A DNA stretch of 51,268 nucleotides from positions 1-51,268 of IMG/VR virus record IMGVR_UViG_3300022751_000238. The stretch is one strand, 5' to 3'. Below are positions 27,454 to 38,096 of this stretch, piece after piece. How positions within the stretch are numbered: position 1 is the first letter of the stretch; each line of letters opens with the position of its first letter. The stretch comes from a virus (Duplodnaviria > Caudoviricetes). Position numbers and translations under genes: made by a program. A model generated the notes under the pieces. It made no database searches. It worked only from the letters and a program-made list of their open reading frames with translations, and had not been told where the DNA came from.

Positions 27454-29481
27454 ATGATTGATGCCATAGCCACTGACCAGTCTTACCTGCCGCTAAAATT
27501 TAGCCGTAATAAGCTTACCCATACCATTGAGGCCGCTGATCCTGCCCTTACCAGCAGGGTCGGCCTGAAATATTACCTTCAAATTCAGGTTCCTGAATTT
27601 CCCTTCTCTGAAAACTTTGAAGAACTGCACACCTCCGAAGGCCGCGAGACACCGGTAAACAACCAGTCTGGCGTTCAGGTTTTTTCCGGTGCCGAGTTCC
27701 GGTTCAACTCCGGACGTAACGGCAAAATTGACGGGCTTCTCTCCTACACCAAGCCACGACAAAAGCAAAAACAAATGAGTGTTTCGCTTTCGCAGACCAT
27801 GGCCTTTCGACTGAAAGAGCAGATCGTGGGCGGCGTCCCTGCCGTCGATATTACAAACGAGCTACCCAAAATGTACGCGATCAAGGCCGGTCTTGCCAAC
27901 GAAGATTTTTACGCTTACGGTGATTCGTTCTGGAAAAACTGGCAGATCGGGCAAAGGCAATTTTTGACATGGCAGCCCAACTACAAAAGTATTTTTGAGG
28001 ATCAGGAAGAATATTTGCAATTCGTTTTGAATTTTACGCCAAAGCCGCAGGTGCTCAAACTGCGTTATCAATCCTACGATAATGACGGTGTCAGCTCGGA
28101 TGCTATCACAGCGATGTCCCTGGCTAATCCTTTGCTGTATTCGGTGATCACCTGCCCCGTGGGTATGGAAGCACTCGCCATTCCTGCCGATGCAGCCAGG
28201 TACGACGTGTGGTTAAGTAATGAACAGGACAAACGCGTAAGCGAAGTCCGTAGCTTCTTTGTTGATCATTCCCATGAAGAGTTTGATCGAAGCATCCTTT
28301 TTGTTAATTCCCTGGGCGGATGGGATACGCTGCGTCTTACCGGTCAGGCGCAAAGAAGCCTTAAAGTAGTGCAGTCGACTGCCGAAATCGAACGGCCAGC
28401 AGATGCCGGCGTCGATTTCTCGGAGCTGAAAATTATCAGCATCGAGGGTGAGTACGATTTCCAGATCAGCACCGGCTACCTAAAACGTGATGCAATCAAT
28501 TATTTGCGCTACCTGGACGAGCTGCTTCTTTCGGAGGAAGTATACCTGATCACCGACAAAGGGCATAGGCCGCTTCAACTCACCACGACGGCGATGGTCG
28601 ATCAGGCGGACAATCAGGATTTGATTGCACGCACGTTCAATTTCAGGATTTTGGACACCGTCGAAAATTACTCGGATTTACCAGCTGCTGAACCTACCGA
28701 ACCGCGCGCTACGACATGGCGCGGTGTGAACCTTCGTCAGGTACTTGACGGCTACGGAAAGCGAACCGGTTTTTTGGCGTTTGAGCGTCTTGAAAAGGTG
28801 TATCTGGACAATAACAGCACCGTAAAACCTTACGCTGTAAAGGCCAATACTCAGGGAGATCCGGATTATATCGAACCGGTTCTGGATAGCACGATCGAGG
28901 CCGGATCAACGCCATTTCCTAACGTGGCCATTTCGCGGCTTGGAACATTTAAACGGGATAACTGTGCTTCGACACACTTGGGCGGACCGGCAACAATAAC
29001 GGTACCGGCCGGAACCTACGGCGGAGAAAAAGAAGGTGATGCCGATGCACTTGCCGAAGGCAGATATAACAGCCTGAATACGCAGAGCTATGCGAATACG
29101 TCTGGAACTTGTACACTCAATAATGTTCCGATCAAGCTTGGTATACGGCATTTCTTCCCGATGAACCTTCAAAACCAGATAATTGGATCGCCCGATTTTG
29201 GACCTGTTGTAAACCTTCGGATATCCGGACAGGAGATCATTCCTAACTCTGTGGGTTCAAATCCTACGACCACACGTTTATCAGAACAGGTTTACGAGCC
29301 AGGTATCTACAATTTTATTTTACAAGTGAATTATGGCGGCTATCCGAGACGACCATGTAAACTTAAACTACCGACGAAAAACCGCGAAGTAACTGTTAAC
29401 GAAGCAGGTTATTTCATGTTCGACAATGTCGTCGTAAATAGTTCAGATGCCCCACTAATCTTTGAAGTAACTCCTGTATGA
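27454..29481 (+). CDS. tail tip protein with DUF5977-like domain
   Basis: 'FVNSLGGWDT', 'LLLSEEVYL' distal-tail motifs; 'FKRDNC...G....TVPAGTY...ADALA...YAN..GTC' DUF5977-like module. Confidence 0.7.
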   Translation: MIDAIATDQSYLPLKFSRNKLTHTIEAADPALTSRVGLKYYLQIQVPEFPFSENFEELHTSEGRETPVNNQSGVQVFSGAEFRFNSGRNGKIDGLLSYTKPRQKQKQMSVSLSQTMAFRLKEQIVGGVPAVDITNELPKMYAIKAGLANEDFYAYGDSFWKNWQIGQRQFLTWQPNYKSIFEDQEEYLQFVLNFTPKPQVLKLRYQSYDNDGVSSDAITAMSLANPLLYSVITCPVGMEALAIPADAARYDVWLSNEQDKRVSEVRSFFVDHSHEEFDRSILFVNSLGGWDTLRLTGQAQRSLKVVQSTAEIERPADAGVDFSELKIISIEGEYDFQISTGYLKRDAINYLRYLDELLLSEEVYLITDKGHRPLQLTTTAMVDQADNQDLIARTFNFRILDTVENYSDLPAAEPTEPRATTWRGVNLRQVLDGYGKRTGFLAFERLEKVYLDNNSTVKPYAVKANTQGDPDYIEPVLDSTIEAGSTPFPNVAISRLGTFKRDNCASTHLGGPATITVPAGTYGGEKEGDADALAEGRYNSLNTQSYANTSGTCTLNNVPIKLGIRHFFPMNLQNQIIGSPDFGPVVNLRISGQEIIPNSVGSNPTTTRLSEQVYEPGIYNFILQVNYGGYPRRPCKLKLPTKNREVTVNEAGYFMFDNVVVNSSDAPLIFEVTPV

Positions 29482-30875
29482 TCAGATTAAACGGTTTTGA
29501 GGTATTCGTACCCGCGAAACAAAGCATAAATTATCAGCTTGTAAATCCGAATTTGCTTTATGACTCCATTCCAAGCAGTCAGGCAAGTATCCCGGTTTTT
29601 CCAGCGGTGAAAACAAACTGTGCAATCTTCGATTATTGGGAAGAGCCGCAGGCCGGTTCATACCTGCCCGAGATGCATTACGAGCATTTTGAAAATGGCG
29701 AGCTGATCCGTGAAGGCTACTTCCTTTTGACAGAGGCTTCGCGGGAATCCGGCTACAAAGGTGCATTTACCGACCGGCTGGGTCTGTTCTTTGGTGACTA
29801 CCAAAACCTTTCTTTGCAGGAGATTGATTTCGGTACCATACCGCTACCTATACCGTTGACACCGGTGGTGAATGATCAGGGAAATGATCAGGCAGCTTGC
29901 TTTCCGACGATAATCAACGAAAATTTTTACGGCGCAAATGGCGGTACGGTTTTCTATGCCGGAAAGATCAACGATTATCAGGATGGTGAATATGTTTTTA
30001 GTCCGGAGGTTCCTCAGTTCTTTGTGAACTGGGTACTTAGAAAAATAGGCACAATTACCGGTACGAAAATCAGCGGAAGTTTTTTGACCCATCCGGTTTG
30101 GAGTAAACTGATCCTGGCTAATTTGCGCGAAGTCGAAACCGGGCTGATCACCGTCAAAAATCACCTTCCAAACTTTTCGATTGTTCAGTTTATTTTGGAA
30201 CTCCGCAAAATTGCCAATCTGAAATTTACTTTTAACTCGGTAGAGAAAACTTTAAAAATTGATTTTTGGGACGATTCACTGCGCGCTCCTACGGAAATAG
30301 ACTGGTCTTCAAAGGCAACTTTCGGAGAAAACAAAATACCCGAAACCAATACAAGGATTCAGCTGAGTATGACCGTAGACAATAATGATGCGCTGGCGAA
30401 GGACAAACCGGATAAATTCGCAGACTATATTTCGCCGGAAGTGATCGGCACTGGAAATGGTATTGCAAAGATGCCATTCCAGTTTTCGACGATGCTTACT
30501 GATCCTGCGAGCGGACTGCCGATCTGCAAACAGGAAGGCCAAACCAGCCAGTTTGCACAGGATGCAAAGCCATGGGCCCCGCGGCTGCTGTTCTGGCATG
30601 GCCTTTTAGAAACTTACCCTGTAGCATCGCCACAATTGTCGGGAATATCTTTATTTCCTGCAGATTTAGCGCAGACAACCTGGAAGGAAACAATCACACT
30701 GCGCCAGCGTCAGTTTTATTTAAATAAAAACTTTATAATCAACGAAGCCGACATCGCACTGCTTGATTTCTCAAAGAAATACCATGTCGACGGCGTTGAT
30801 TATATCATCGCTCAGCTTAACGTGGGTGTGCCTGTGAAAAACGTTGCAACGGCTTTATTGATTGGGGGTGTTTGA
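29478..30875 (+). CDS. tail hub/baseplate-like protein
   Basis: 'NP...SIP.FP...N..IF', 'HLPN.SI..FI..L', 'PRLLF.HG' pattern; ATGA-coupled. Confidence 0.6.
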   Translation: MIRLNGFEVFVPAKQSINYQLVNPNLLYDSIPSSQASIPVFPAVKTNCAIFDYWEEPQAGSYLPEMHYEHFENGELIREGYFLLTEASRESGYKGAFTDRLGLFFGDYQNLSLQEIDFGTIPLPIPLTPVVNDQGNDQAACFPTIINENFYGANGGTVFYAGKINDYQDGEYVFSPEVPQFFVNWVLRKIGTITGTKISGSFLTHPVWSKLILANLREVETGLITVKNHLPNFSIVQFILELRKIANLKFTFNSVEKTLKIDFWDDSLRAPTEIDWSSKATFGENKIPETNTRIQLSMTVDNNDALAKDKPDKFADYISPEVIGTGNGIAKMPFQFSTMLTDPASGLPICKQEGQTSQFAQDAKPWAPRLLFWHGLLETYPVASPQLSGISLFPADLAQTTWKETITLRQRQFYLNKNFIINEADIALLDFSKKYHVDGVDYIIAQLNVGVPVKNVATALLIGGV

Positions 30876-30916
30876 TTTTTTATTTTATACATTGTAAAGA
30901 AAAAAAATCTCCAATA

Positions 30917-31726
30917 ATGAAGAAGACTCAAATCCATCAATTTAGGCGAACATGTATTTTCTGTGGCGGTTCCGGAAAACTGTCAGAAGAGCACGTAATA
31001 GGTAACTGGATCAGAAAGGTTATTCCGCGAGTGCAGACTGAGTATAAGAGTTATAGAACATCGTTAGACTTTTCTAATGATAAAGTGCAAGTACAGCCAA
31101 TGACAAAAATAAAGCAAGGTCATCCAGGTACAATAAGACTGAAAATTGTATGTGAAAAATGTAATAATGAGTGGCTTAGTGCCAATTTCGAGACACCTGT
31201 AAAGCCAGTAATTACTAAATTATTAATGGCTAATGCAACAGAACTTGATGCTAACGAGCAACGTATAATTTCATTGTGGATGGTCAAAACTTGTATGGTA
31301 GGCGAATTTATTAGCCCAACAACTAGGGGAATACCGGCAACGGATTTGACCTACCTTAGAACCAATAACACCATCCCTGATGGATGGTTTGTATATATCG
31401 GTAAATATAGAGGAATGGATAATTTCCAATACTTGCATACAAGATTAACTATTCTCAGCCCGGAATTAGAGAAAAAATCTACAATAGCAGAAATCGCAAA
31501 AATGGCGAATTCACAACGAACGGTTATAGTGCTTGGTGGGTTAGTTCTGTGTGCAATCAATTGCCCGTTAGCATCTGTAGCAAATTTCAACAAATATATG
31601 TACGATAAATATTTTGAAATTATTTGGCCACCAACCAAGGGAATAATAAATTGGCCATCCAGAATACCTCTGGACGACAACCAACTAATGAGAGACATCG
31701 AAGGTCAAGATCTTCGTCCAATATAA
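30917..31726 (+). CDS. HNH-like zinc-finger nuclease (accessory)
   Basis: CIFC...SEEHVI...VCEKCNN His-Me finger; AT-rich. Confidence 0.75.
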   Translation: MKKTQIHQFRRTCIFCGGSGKLSEEHVIGNWIRKVIPRVQTEYKSYRTSLDFSNDKVQVQPMTKIKQGHPGTIRLKIVCEKCNNEWLSANFETPVKPVITKLLMANATELDANEQRIISLWMVKTCMVGEFISPTTRGIPATDLTYLRTNNTIPDGWFVYIGKYRGMDNFQYLHTRLTILSPELEKKSTIAEIAKMANSQRTVIVLGGLVLCAINCPLASVANFNKYMYDKYFEIIWPPTKGIINWPSRIPLDDNQLMRDIEGQDLRPI

Positions 31727-31912
31727 TGCCTGTATTTTGATAGTGTATCAACCAGTCATTGGACATAGAACGTAGTATTAATAAGGTAAATCTGCCTTTG
31801 AAACGTACTCCGGTAATCCGACGGCTTTAATGATGGTGAAATGTTAGCATCAGAACTAAAATAACCATCATGCTTGTTACCGTTTTTTCACAAACTAAAC
31901 CAAGAGCAAAAT

Positions 31913-32371
31913 ATGATCTATAAAAGTCCATTAAAGGTTGATGAGCCAGGAGCTCAGCTTCCAGACTTTACAAAATACAGAATAGGTAATGCTATTTATT
32001 ACCATGTAAGTCCAATTACTGGTAGCTCCAATCCTAAGCGATACGTAGGTAAAATTATTGAAATTCATGAAGATCAAGACCCTAAGTTCGTAACCTTCAC
32101 TCTTACACCTCTTGATCCAAAGTATCTAAATCCGGAATTTTATGAAATAGTAATTGAGGATATACGCCTTACAAAAGACGTATTAGATGCACTAAAAATC
32201 CCATCTTCACAACTAGATTTAATTCCTGAAGATCTCAGACCAAATCATTTACACACATTTCAAAACATCTGTGAATTTGAAACTGGTCAACTGATACCTT
32301 TAGATGGACTTACTACTTGGTCAGAGTATCCAGGAGTCGACCTCCATCATATTTCAAATAAAGATAATTGA
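31913..32371 (+). CDS. hypothetical protein (accessory)
   Basis: 'RIGN...IRLT...HLHTFQN...TG' pattern common in Bacteroidota phage small proteins; AT-rich. Confidence 0.55.
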   Translation: MIYKSPLKVDEPGAQLPDFTKYRIGNAIYYHVSPITGSSNPKRYVGKIIEIHEDQDPKFVTFTLTPLDPKYLNPEFYEIVIEDIRLTKDVLDALKIPSSQLDLIPEDLRPNHLHTFQNICEFETGQLIPLDGLTTWSEYPGVDLHHISNKDN

Positions 32372-32378
32372 TTAAGAC

Positions 32379-32418
32379 AAAAGTGGAAGTTGGAGTCAGT
32401 TCTATCTTCCACTTTTTT
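32379..32418 (+). terminator. intrinsic terminator
   Basis: aaaagtggaag...cttccactttttt. Confidence 0.65.
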
Positions 32419-32458
32419 ACTAATTCTCCGAGATTTAAATCGAAATTCATACGTTTTC

Positions 32459-32493
32459 GTCCTTTCTACTGCTGCTTAACCACCGCAACTTAG
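32459..32493 (+). promoter_or_regulatory. late promoter copy 4
   Basis: GTCCTTT-N21-AACTTAG. Confidence 0.75.
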
Positions 32494-32519
32494 CTATCGT
32501 AAAATAATGCGATAGCTAA

Positions 32520-33149
32520 ATGGCCGACTTCACAAATAATCCTATTCAGGAAAAGCTATATACCGAGCTTGCTGCGCGGATAGAAAAACAGCTTAAACAA
32601 GCTGTACAGGAAGCAAATCTGAACGATACCGGTGATCTGGTGAATTCGATCAGGGCAGGATCAGTCAAAATCGGTGATAAGACAATTTCAACCAGTGTGG
32701 TTTTCAGTGCCCTTCTCAGATTAAAGGATATGAAAAACCTTTCCTACTCGACCATCCCGCCCCTTGCACCATTAATCGACTGGGTAGAACGGATCGGCCT
32801 TAGCAATTTCGTCTACGTCCCTGGCTACTCCAAGGGTGTAAAGAAGCTGACTGAAAGTGAACAGATATTCCGGATTGCATCCGGTATCCAGTATCATCTC
32901 AAAGCAAGCCCGAACGTAAAACGCGGCTACCGTGGAATATACAATGATGAGCTTTTCAAAAAAATAATCCCTGAATTCATCGAAGCATTACGCGCTTCTT
33001 CGGAGGTATGGGCGAAAATGAGCATTGAAGAAGCCATGGGTTTTGAAGTGAGTATCCCCACTCCTTCCGAAGAAATTAACGCTGGCCGGATTCAGGCCGC
33101 GTGGAATGCACGTGATACTAAAATCGCCAGAGAATACGATACAAAATAA
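32520..33149 (+). CDS. neck/tail completion protein (HK97 gp10-like)
   Basis: 'DTGDLVNSI' motif and 'PP..PLIDWV'. Confidence 0.65.
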   Translation: MADFTNNPIQEKLYTELAARIEKQLKQAVQEANLNDTGDLVNSIRAGSVKIGDKTISTSVVFSALLRLKDMKNLSYSTIPPLAPLIDWVERIGLSNFVYVPGYSKGVKKLTESEQIFRIASGIQYHLKASPNVKRGYRGIYNDELFKKIIPEFIEALRASSEVWAKMSIEEAMGFEVSIPTPSEEINAGRIQAAWNARDTKIAREYDTK

Positions 33150-33158
33150 CCCTCAAAA

Positions 33159-36100
33159 ATGAACGGAGATGTAATTGAAGTTGACGTCCGAAGTAACTCC
33201 AAGCAGTTGCAGGATGATCTTACAAAAGCAAAAGATAGGGCAAAAGAACTCAGGAAGGAGCTTGCCGATATCGAAAAAACCAGTGGAAAAGGCTCGGACG
33301 AATGGAAAAAATATAAGGCTGAATTAAAAGAAACGCAGGAGCAAGCGGCCAAACTTACCAAGGAACTTAGAAATATGGATGTCACCAAAATGACATTCTC
33401 CCAGCTCAAAACATACGTAAACGACCTTAACAAAGAACTAAAAAATATGGTGCCGGGATCGGCACAGGCAACTGCCCAGCTAAAAAAAATAGGCGAAGCA
33501 GAAGCGCAGTTCAAGAAAGTATCTGATCAGGCAAAAAAAATAAAGGATGAAGCCGCCGACCTTGGACAACCTGGTTTATGGGGGAAAATCACTTCCGGCG
33601 TAAAGTCTATTGGAACTGCCTTTCAGGCCATCATCGCTTTGCAGATCATCCAGTGGATGGTTGATATCGGTAAGGCAGTTTTTACAACAACCGCCACTTT
33701 TGAGAAGTATGAAAAAGTACTTACAACGGCTTTGGGTGGTCAGAAGGAAGCGAAAGCGGCGATGGAGGCCATCAAGAAAATGGCAAAAGAAACCTCGTTC
33801 GGTGTCGACGAGCTGACCGAAGGTTATGTCAAAATGGTAAACCGTGGTCTTCGACCTTCACAGTCTGAAATGACAAAAATGGCTGATTTAGCGGCTTCAC
33901 AAGGCAAAACTTTCGATATGTTAATCGAAGGGATTTTGGACGCCCAGACAGGAGAATTTGAACGTTTAAAGGAGTTCGGTGTAAAAGCCAGAAAAGAGGG
34001 TGACAATGTTTCATTAACCTTTAACAAGCAGACTCAAACCGTAAAAAACAACGAAGAAGCCATTTATCAGGCCATTATCGCGATGGGCGCCATGACCGGT
34101 GTTGCTGGTCAGAATGCCATCATGATGGAAACCTTGGGTGGCAAAGCAAGCAACTTCGGTGATGTAATGGACTCGTTAAAAACAGCGATAGGCGATCGCC
34201 TTTCTCCAATCTTCAAATTCTTTCTCGACCTGTTGGCAGACGGAATTGAATGGCTGGTAAAGGTGATAAATGCTTCTGATCCGTTAATACAGGTCTTTGA
34301 AGACATTTTTAGCGGTGTCGGACAGCTGGCATCTTCTTTCATCAATATTTTCTCTAACGTCTTTCCGAAGTTCAATGCGTCCGGTCTTACCCTGGCAACG
34401 GTTATGCAGGGCATTGCGGTTGTATTTCGAGCTGTATTGACTCCAATTCAAATTTTCATAGGTGGATTGACAATGGTTTACGATGCTATCTCAGGCGTCG
34501 TTCAAGGGGGAAAAGCTTTGGTTCAATTTCTTGCCGGTGATTTTTCAGGCGCGGCCAAAACCTTTGAGAATTCCAAAACCAATTTTTCCAATATCTCAAA
34601 GCATGCTACCGAAAGCTACGAAAAGATAAAATCGGGCTGGACAGATGCATTCGTTACCCAGCCGAAAAAGGATTCGGTCGAAGCTGCGTTTGCGGCAGGA
34701 ACCTCTGAGACTAAAAAACAGGATTCGATCAGTGAAGCACAGAAAAAAGCAGCTGCCAAGCAGGCAGAACAAAAACAAAAAGCCGAAGGTAAAATCAATG
34801 AAATGATCGCCCAGCTTGATGCGGAACATAATCAGCTGACTGCTGATAACGCCATCAAAACGGAGGAATTTAAAATTGAAGAAAAACGCCGTAAGCGTTT
34901 GAAAGAAATCACTGATTCGATCGCTGATGAGAAAACGAAGGAAGCTGCAAGAATAGCAGTAAACCGAAATGCCGATGCCGAAATTATTGCTCTAAGAGAA
35001 AAGGACAATAAAAAAGCATTGGAACTGCTCAGTCAGATGGAATCTGAGCATTCGGTTAAAACTGCCAAGACAGCTCTGGAAGCAGAAGAAGCTAAAATTG
35101 CTGAAATCCAAAGGAAACGTCTGGCGGATATAGAGGTTTCAAAAGCTGATGAAACAGTAAAAACCCAGCTCATTGAAGCTATTAACCGAAATGCCGAAGC
35201 TTCACTGGATAAAGTCCGGGGAGAATACCGTCAGAAGCGGATTAAGGAACAAGAGGAAGCTGACCGGAAACTACTTGAACAGGGCAACTTCCTTCGAGAT
35301 CAGGAACAAAAAGCGGAAATGACTCTTTTTGACTGGCAGATCACCCAGGCACGTGGTAACGCTGACAGGATCGCCCAGATCAAAAAGGACCGGGTAGATG
35401 CTGAACTGCGCTTCACCCAGCAAAAGCTGGAAGCTGAAATGATGGCCGAAGGGCAAAAGGCAATTTCACTCATCCAAAATGATGAACAGCTCGCCGTTGC
35501 TTTAAACCAGATCGAAGATCGTCACCATGTGGCGAGTGTTGCTGCATCTAAAAAAGCGAGTGATGATAAGCTGGCGATCGACAAGGATCTGCACGAAAAG
35601 AAAGCCGCAAATTTGAAGGCTTATTCTGACATGTTCGGTTCACTGTTAGCGGATGATGTTTCCGGTTTCTTGCAGTCAGCCCAAACAATGGTTAAAGGCC
35701 ATCAGGAAGCTTGGCAGCAAAAACTCTCCGCTGACATGGCATCCTATCAACAAGGTGGTGAAATGGCTATGCAAGCCGTTGCGTTCCTGAATAATCTTGC
35801 TCAGAAAAAAGCTGAAAAGGCCATTGCCGAAGCGAACCGTGAAAGAGATGAAAAAGTCGCGATCCTCACGAATGAGCTTTCAGTAACAGAAAGCATGGTC
35901 AAAACTTCGTCAGATTATGTAACTGCGCTTAAATCTGCGGAAACAGAAAGGCTGGCCGAATTGCAACGGATTTTAACTTCTGAAACCACAACAGAGGAGC
36001 AGAAACGGGATGCTTTGAAAAAGTACTATTCTGATCAGCTTCAACAGATGAAAGCGGCAGAAGAAGCAAAAATTCAGGATCTGCAACGCCTGGCTAATCT

Positions 36101-37340
36101 TGCTAAAACGGAGGATGAAAGGCAAGCGATTGAAGCCAAAATCCAAATGGCGAAAAAAGAAAGTGAAGAGAAAATCAGGGTCGCTGAACAGGAACTGGAA
36201 GCGAAAAAGACTAATCTTTCTGAGTTACAGAATTTCACTACAGAGGTAACTAATGAAGCACTCGCCGAAGCAAATAAAGCTTCGGAAAAACAGATCACTA
36301 TCGCCAGCGACGAAGCAGAGCAAAAGGCAGATTTCAAAGCAGATCTGGAAGAAACGATCGCCGCTGAAAACCGTAAGGCGCGCGCTGTTGAGCAGGCCGA
36401 AAAAACCAAAGCCTTCAAGGCACAGAAAAAAGCTGATATCGCAACGGCACTTATAACGGGGGCATTGGCCGTACTGAAAGCACTCGCTAACTTTTTCCCG
36501 CTGAATATCATCCTGGCCGCTACGGCTGCGGTGGTAACCGGTGTTCAAATAGCCAAGATCAAAAACCAACCAGATCCTGTTTTCGCCCTGGGCGGAATCT
36601 CACCAAATCCAAGCTTCGCTGATGGCGGAACTTTGGGACATGTACCACAAGGTGGTAAACACGGAATCAGTTACGGAACCGGAGGAATCCAGCTTCTCGA
36701 CCGCGCCACTGGCCGCGATGTCGGAGAAATGGAAGGCGGCGAAGCGATTATTTCCACCAAGCAGACTGAGGCCAATTGGCCGCTTATTCAGCAAATGTTT
36801 AAAAATGCCAGAACGCCTGGTAAAACCAACACGCCGGTGATCCCGCATCCAGCGACTCCCATGGCCTTCCGTGACGGCGGAAAGTTCGAAAGCCCATACT
36901 TCGAAAGAGGGATGTATCTGTTTGGTTCCAAAAAACGTAAAGCCGAGCAAGCGGCCAAAGATGCCGAAGCCGAAGCGGCCAGAGCACAGGCGGAAGCCGA
37001 CGCGGCCATGGCGGACATGCCAAGCTTTGACAGCGGTGCGTATGGCGGCATCGACAGCAGTGATCCATCCGCCAGCGGAGATACGGCCGGCGCAGCTGCG
37101 CAGCATGAGGAAGCCAGAAAAATGGGTAAAGATCAGCTTCAAGCTATTCTGGATATTTTACAGGAAACCAAAGCTAACGGTGATGCACTTGGACGTGTAG
37201 TTTCAATCGTCGGTGATCTGAAAGGTTCTGTCAACGGAGTTGAAGGCGCGGTTAACAGTGTCCGTGATGCAGTATACAATACAAACACCCAGGGCAAGTT
37301 TGATCAGTTAATTGGTGCTATCAGCAGCATGAGTGCATAA
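33159..37340 (+). CDS. tape measure protein
   Basis: 1393 aa; coiled coils, tape-measure domain ('GEFERLKEFG'), amphipathic repeats, C-terminal FAxGG and 'EMEGGE' motifs. Confidence 0.92.
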   Translation: MNGDVIEVDVRSNSKQLQDDLTKAKDRAKELRKELADIEKTSGKGSDEWKKYKAELKETQEQAAKLTKELRNMDVTKMTFSQLKTYVNDLNKELKNMVPGSAQATAQLKKIGEAEAQFKKVSDQAKKIKDEAADLGQPGLWGKITSGVKSIGTAFQAIIALQIIQWMVDIGKAVFTTTATFEKYEKVLTTALGGQKEAKAAMEAIKKMAKETSFGVDELTEGYVKMVNRGLRPSQSEMTKMADLAASQGKTFDMLIEGILDAQTGEFERLKEFGVKARKEGDNVSLTFNKQTQTVKNNEEAIYQAIIAMGAMTGVAGQNAIMMETLGGKASNFGDVMDSLKTAIGDRLSPIFKFFLDLLADGIEWLVKVINASDPLIQVFEDIFSGVGQLASSFINIFSNVFPKFNASGLTLATVMQGIAVVFRAVLTPIQIFIGGLTMVYDAISGVVQGGKALVQFLAGDFSGAAKTFENSKTNFSNISKHATESYEKIKSGWTDAFVTQPKKDSVEAAFAAGTSETKKQDSISEAQKKAAAKQAEQKQKAEGKINEMIAQLDAEHNQLTADNAIKTEEFKIEEKRRKRLKEITDSIADEKTKEAARIAVNRNADAEIIALREKDNKKALELLSQMESEHSVKTAKTALEAEEAKIAEIQRKRLADIEVSKADETVKTQLIEAINRNAEASLDKVRGEYRQKRIKEQEEADRKLLEQGNFLRDQEQKAEMTLFDWQITQARGNADRIAQIKKDRVDAELRFTQQKLEAEMMAEGQKAISLIQNDEQLAVALNQIEDRHHVASVAASKKASDDKLAIDKDLHEKKAANLKAYSDMFGSLLADDVSGFLQSAQTMVKGHQEAWQQKLSADMASYQQGGEMAMQAVAFLNNLAQKKAEKAIAEANRERDEKVAILTNELSVTESMVKTSSDYVTALKSAETERLAELQRILTSETTTEEQKRDALKKYYSDQLQQMKAAEEAKIQDLQRLANLAKTEDERQAIEAKIQMAKKESEEKIRVAEQELEAKKTNLSELQNFTTEVTNEALAEANKASEKQITIASDEAEQKADFKADLEETIAAENRKARAVEQAEKTKAFKAQKKADIATALITGALAVLKALANFFPLNIILAATAAVVTGVQIAKIKNQPDPVFALGGISPNPSFADGGTLGHVPQGGKHGISYGTGGIQLLDRATGRDVGEMEGGEAIISTKQTEANWPLIQQMFKNARTPGKTNTPVIPHPATPMAFRDGGKFESPYFERGMYLFGSKKRKAEQAAKDAEAEAARAQAEADAAMADMPSFDSGAYGGIDSSDPSASGDTAGAAAQHEEARKMGKDQLQAILDILQETKANGDALGRVVSIVGDLKGSVNGVEGAVNSVRDAVYNTNTQGKFDQLIGAISSMSA

Positions 37341-37414
37341 ATAGCGATTTTAACGATTTTTTAATAATGGTCTTTTTTCGGTATATTGTCAACATTAATT
37401 TACTCCACGTAAAC

Positions 37415-37906
37415 ATGGTAAAAACTATTGTGGTAACACTCCCACCGCATGTAAAAAAATTCTTTCAAACTGAGTACGATGGTTATCAAAGAAAAAACGG
37501 AATGGATGAACTCCACGTTGATAAACACTCTGAACTTGGCAAATTAATTCATCTTATTTCCCGACCGATTCTGCACACCCAAAAGGTGGCAAACAAGAAA
37601 AGCCCGGGCGCATTATCGATCCGTTATTACTCTCACGTGCAAAGTATGGAGGTGCCGGTTGACAAACTTGGTATGCTTGCTTTGTACATGGAAGAAATTT
37701 TCAGACGGACGATGGTTGCCGAAGTTCGGGGTGGTCAGGAGCTAGTCGGCGGCGACTATGGCCCGCTGGTGACAATGTCTTTGCAACGCCGGGGAATCGA
37801 GCGTGACGTGGATGTGGATTACCAGACCTGCCGGAAAATTTACCGCGATCACGTGAGTAAAATAAAGCGGCGGTCGAGCAAACTTTTTGAAAAAAGTTAT
37901 GCGTAA
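37415..37906 (+). CDS. putative transcription regulator (candidate late activator)
   Basis: N-terminal 'IVVTLPPHVKKF', C-terminal helical basic 'DVDYQTCRKIYRDH'; non-structural-looking gene inside the late region. Confidence 0.45.
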   Translation: MVKTIVVTLPPHVKKFFQTEYDGYQRKNGMDELHVDKHSELGKLIHLISRPILHTQKVANKKSPGALSIRYYSHVQSMEVPVDKLGMLALYMEEIFRRTMVAEVRGGQELVGGDYGPLVTMSLQRRGIERDVDVDYQTCRKIYRDHVSKIKRRSSKLFEKSYA

Positions 37907-37971
37907 AAAGTAACGGAAATGCGCAAAAAGTAACGAAAATGCGTAATCCGTAACGAAGATGCGTAAAAAGT
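37899..37971. repeat. 20-bp tandem repeat, ~3.6 copies
   Basis: atgcgtaaaaagtaacggaa / atgcgcaaaaagtaacgaaa / atgcgtaatccgtaacgaag / atgcgtaaaaagt. Confidence 0.9.
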
Positions 37972-37988
37972 CCACCTGTTTTTATGAT

Positions 37989-38023
37989 AAAAACCGTCTA
38001 TACTATCAGTACAGGCGGTTTTT
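37989..38023 (+). terminator. intrinsic terminator
   Basis: aaaaaccgtctatact-atc-agtacaggcggttttt. Confidence 0.65.
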
Positions 38024-38057
38024 CATTTCAATTCATTGTCAAAAACCGTGTTTTTTC

Positions 38058-38093
38058 GTCCTTTCAAACGGGCTATTTTAAGCGGAAATTTCG
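38058..38093 (+). promoter_or_regulatory. late promoter copy 5
   Basis: GTCCTTT-N22-AATTTCG. Confidence 0.7.
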
Positions 38094-38096
38094 GGC

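Noticed and set aside
27387-27473. N-terminal extension of the 644-aa minus-strand ORF
   Set aside because: It overlaps late promoter 3 and the start of the tail gene; ATG 27386 is more plausible
33092-37200. Numerous overlapping ORFs within the tape measure gene
   Set aside because: Expected shadow ORFs from biased Ala/Glu/Lys codon usage
37370-37405. GTCTTTT as a ninth late promoter
   Set aside because: Mismatch in the core and no -7-like box at +28/29
37899-37971. Possible CRISPR mini-array
   Set aside because: Repeats are contiguous with no unique spacers, and no cas operon is present
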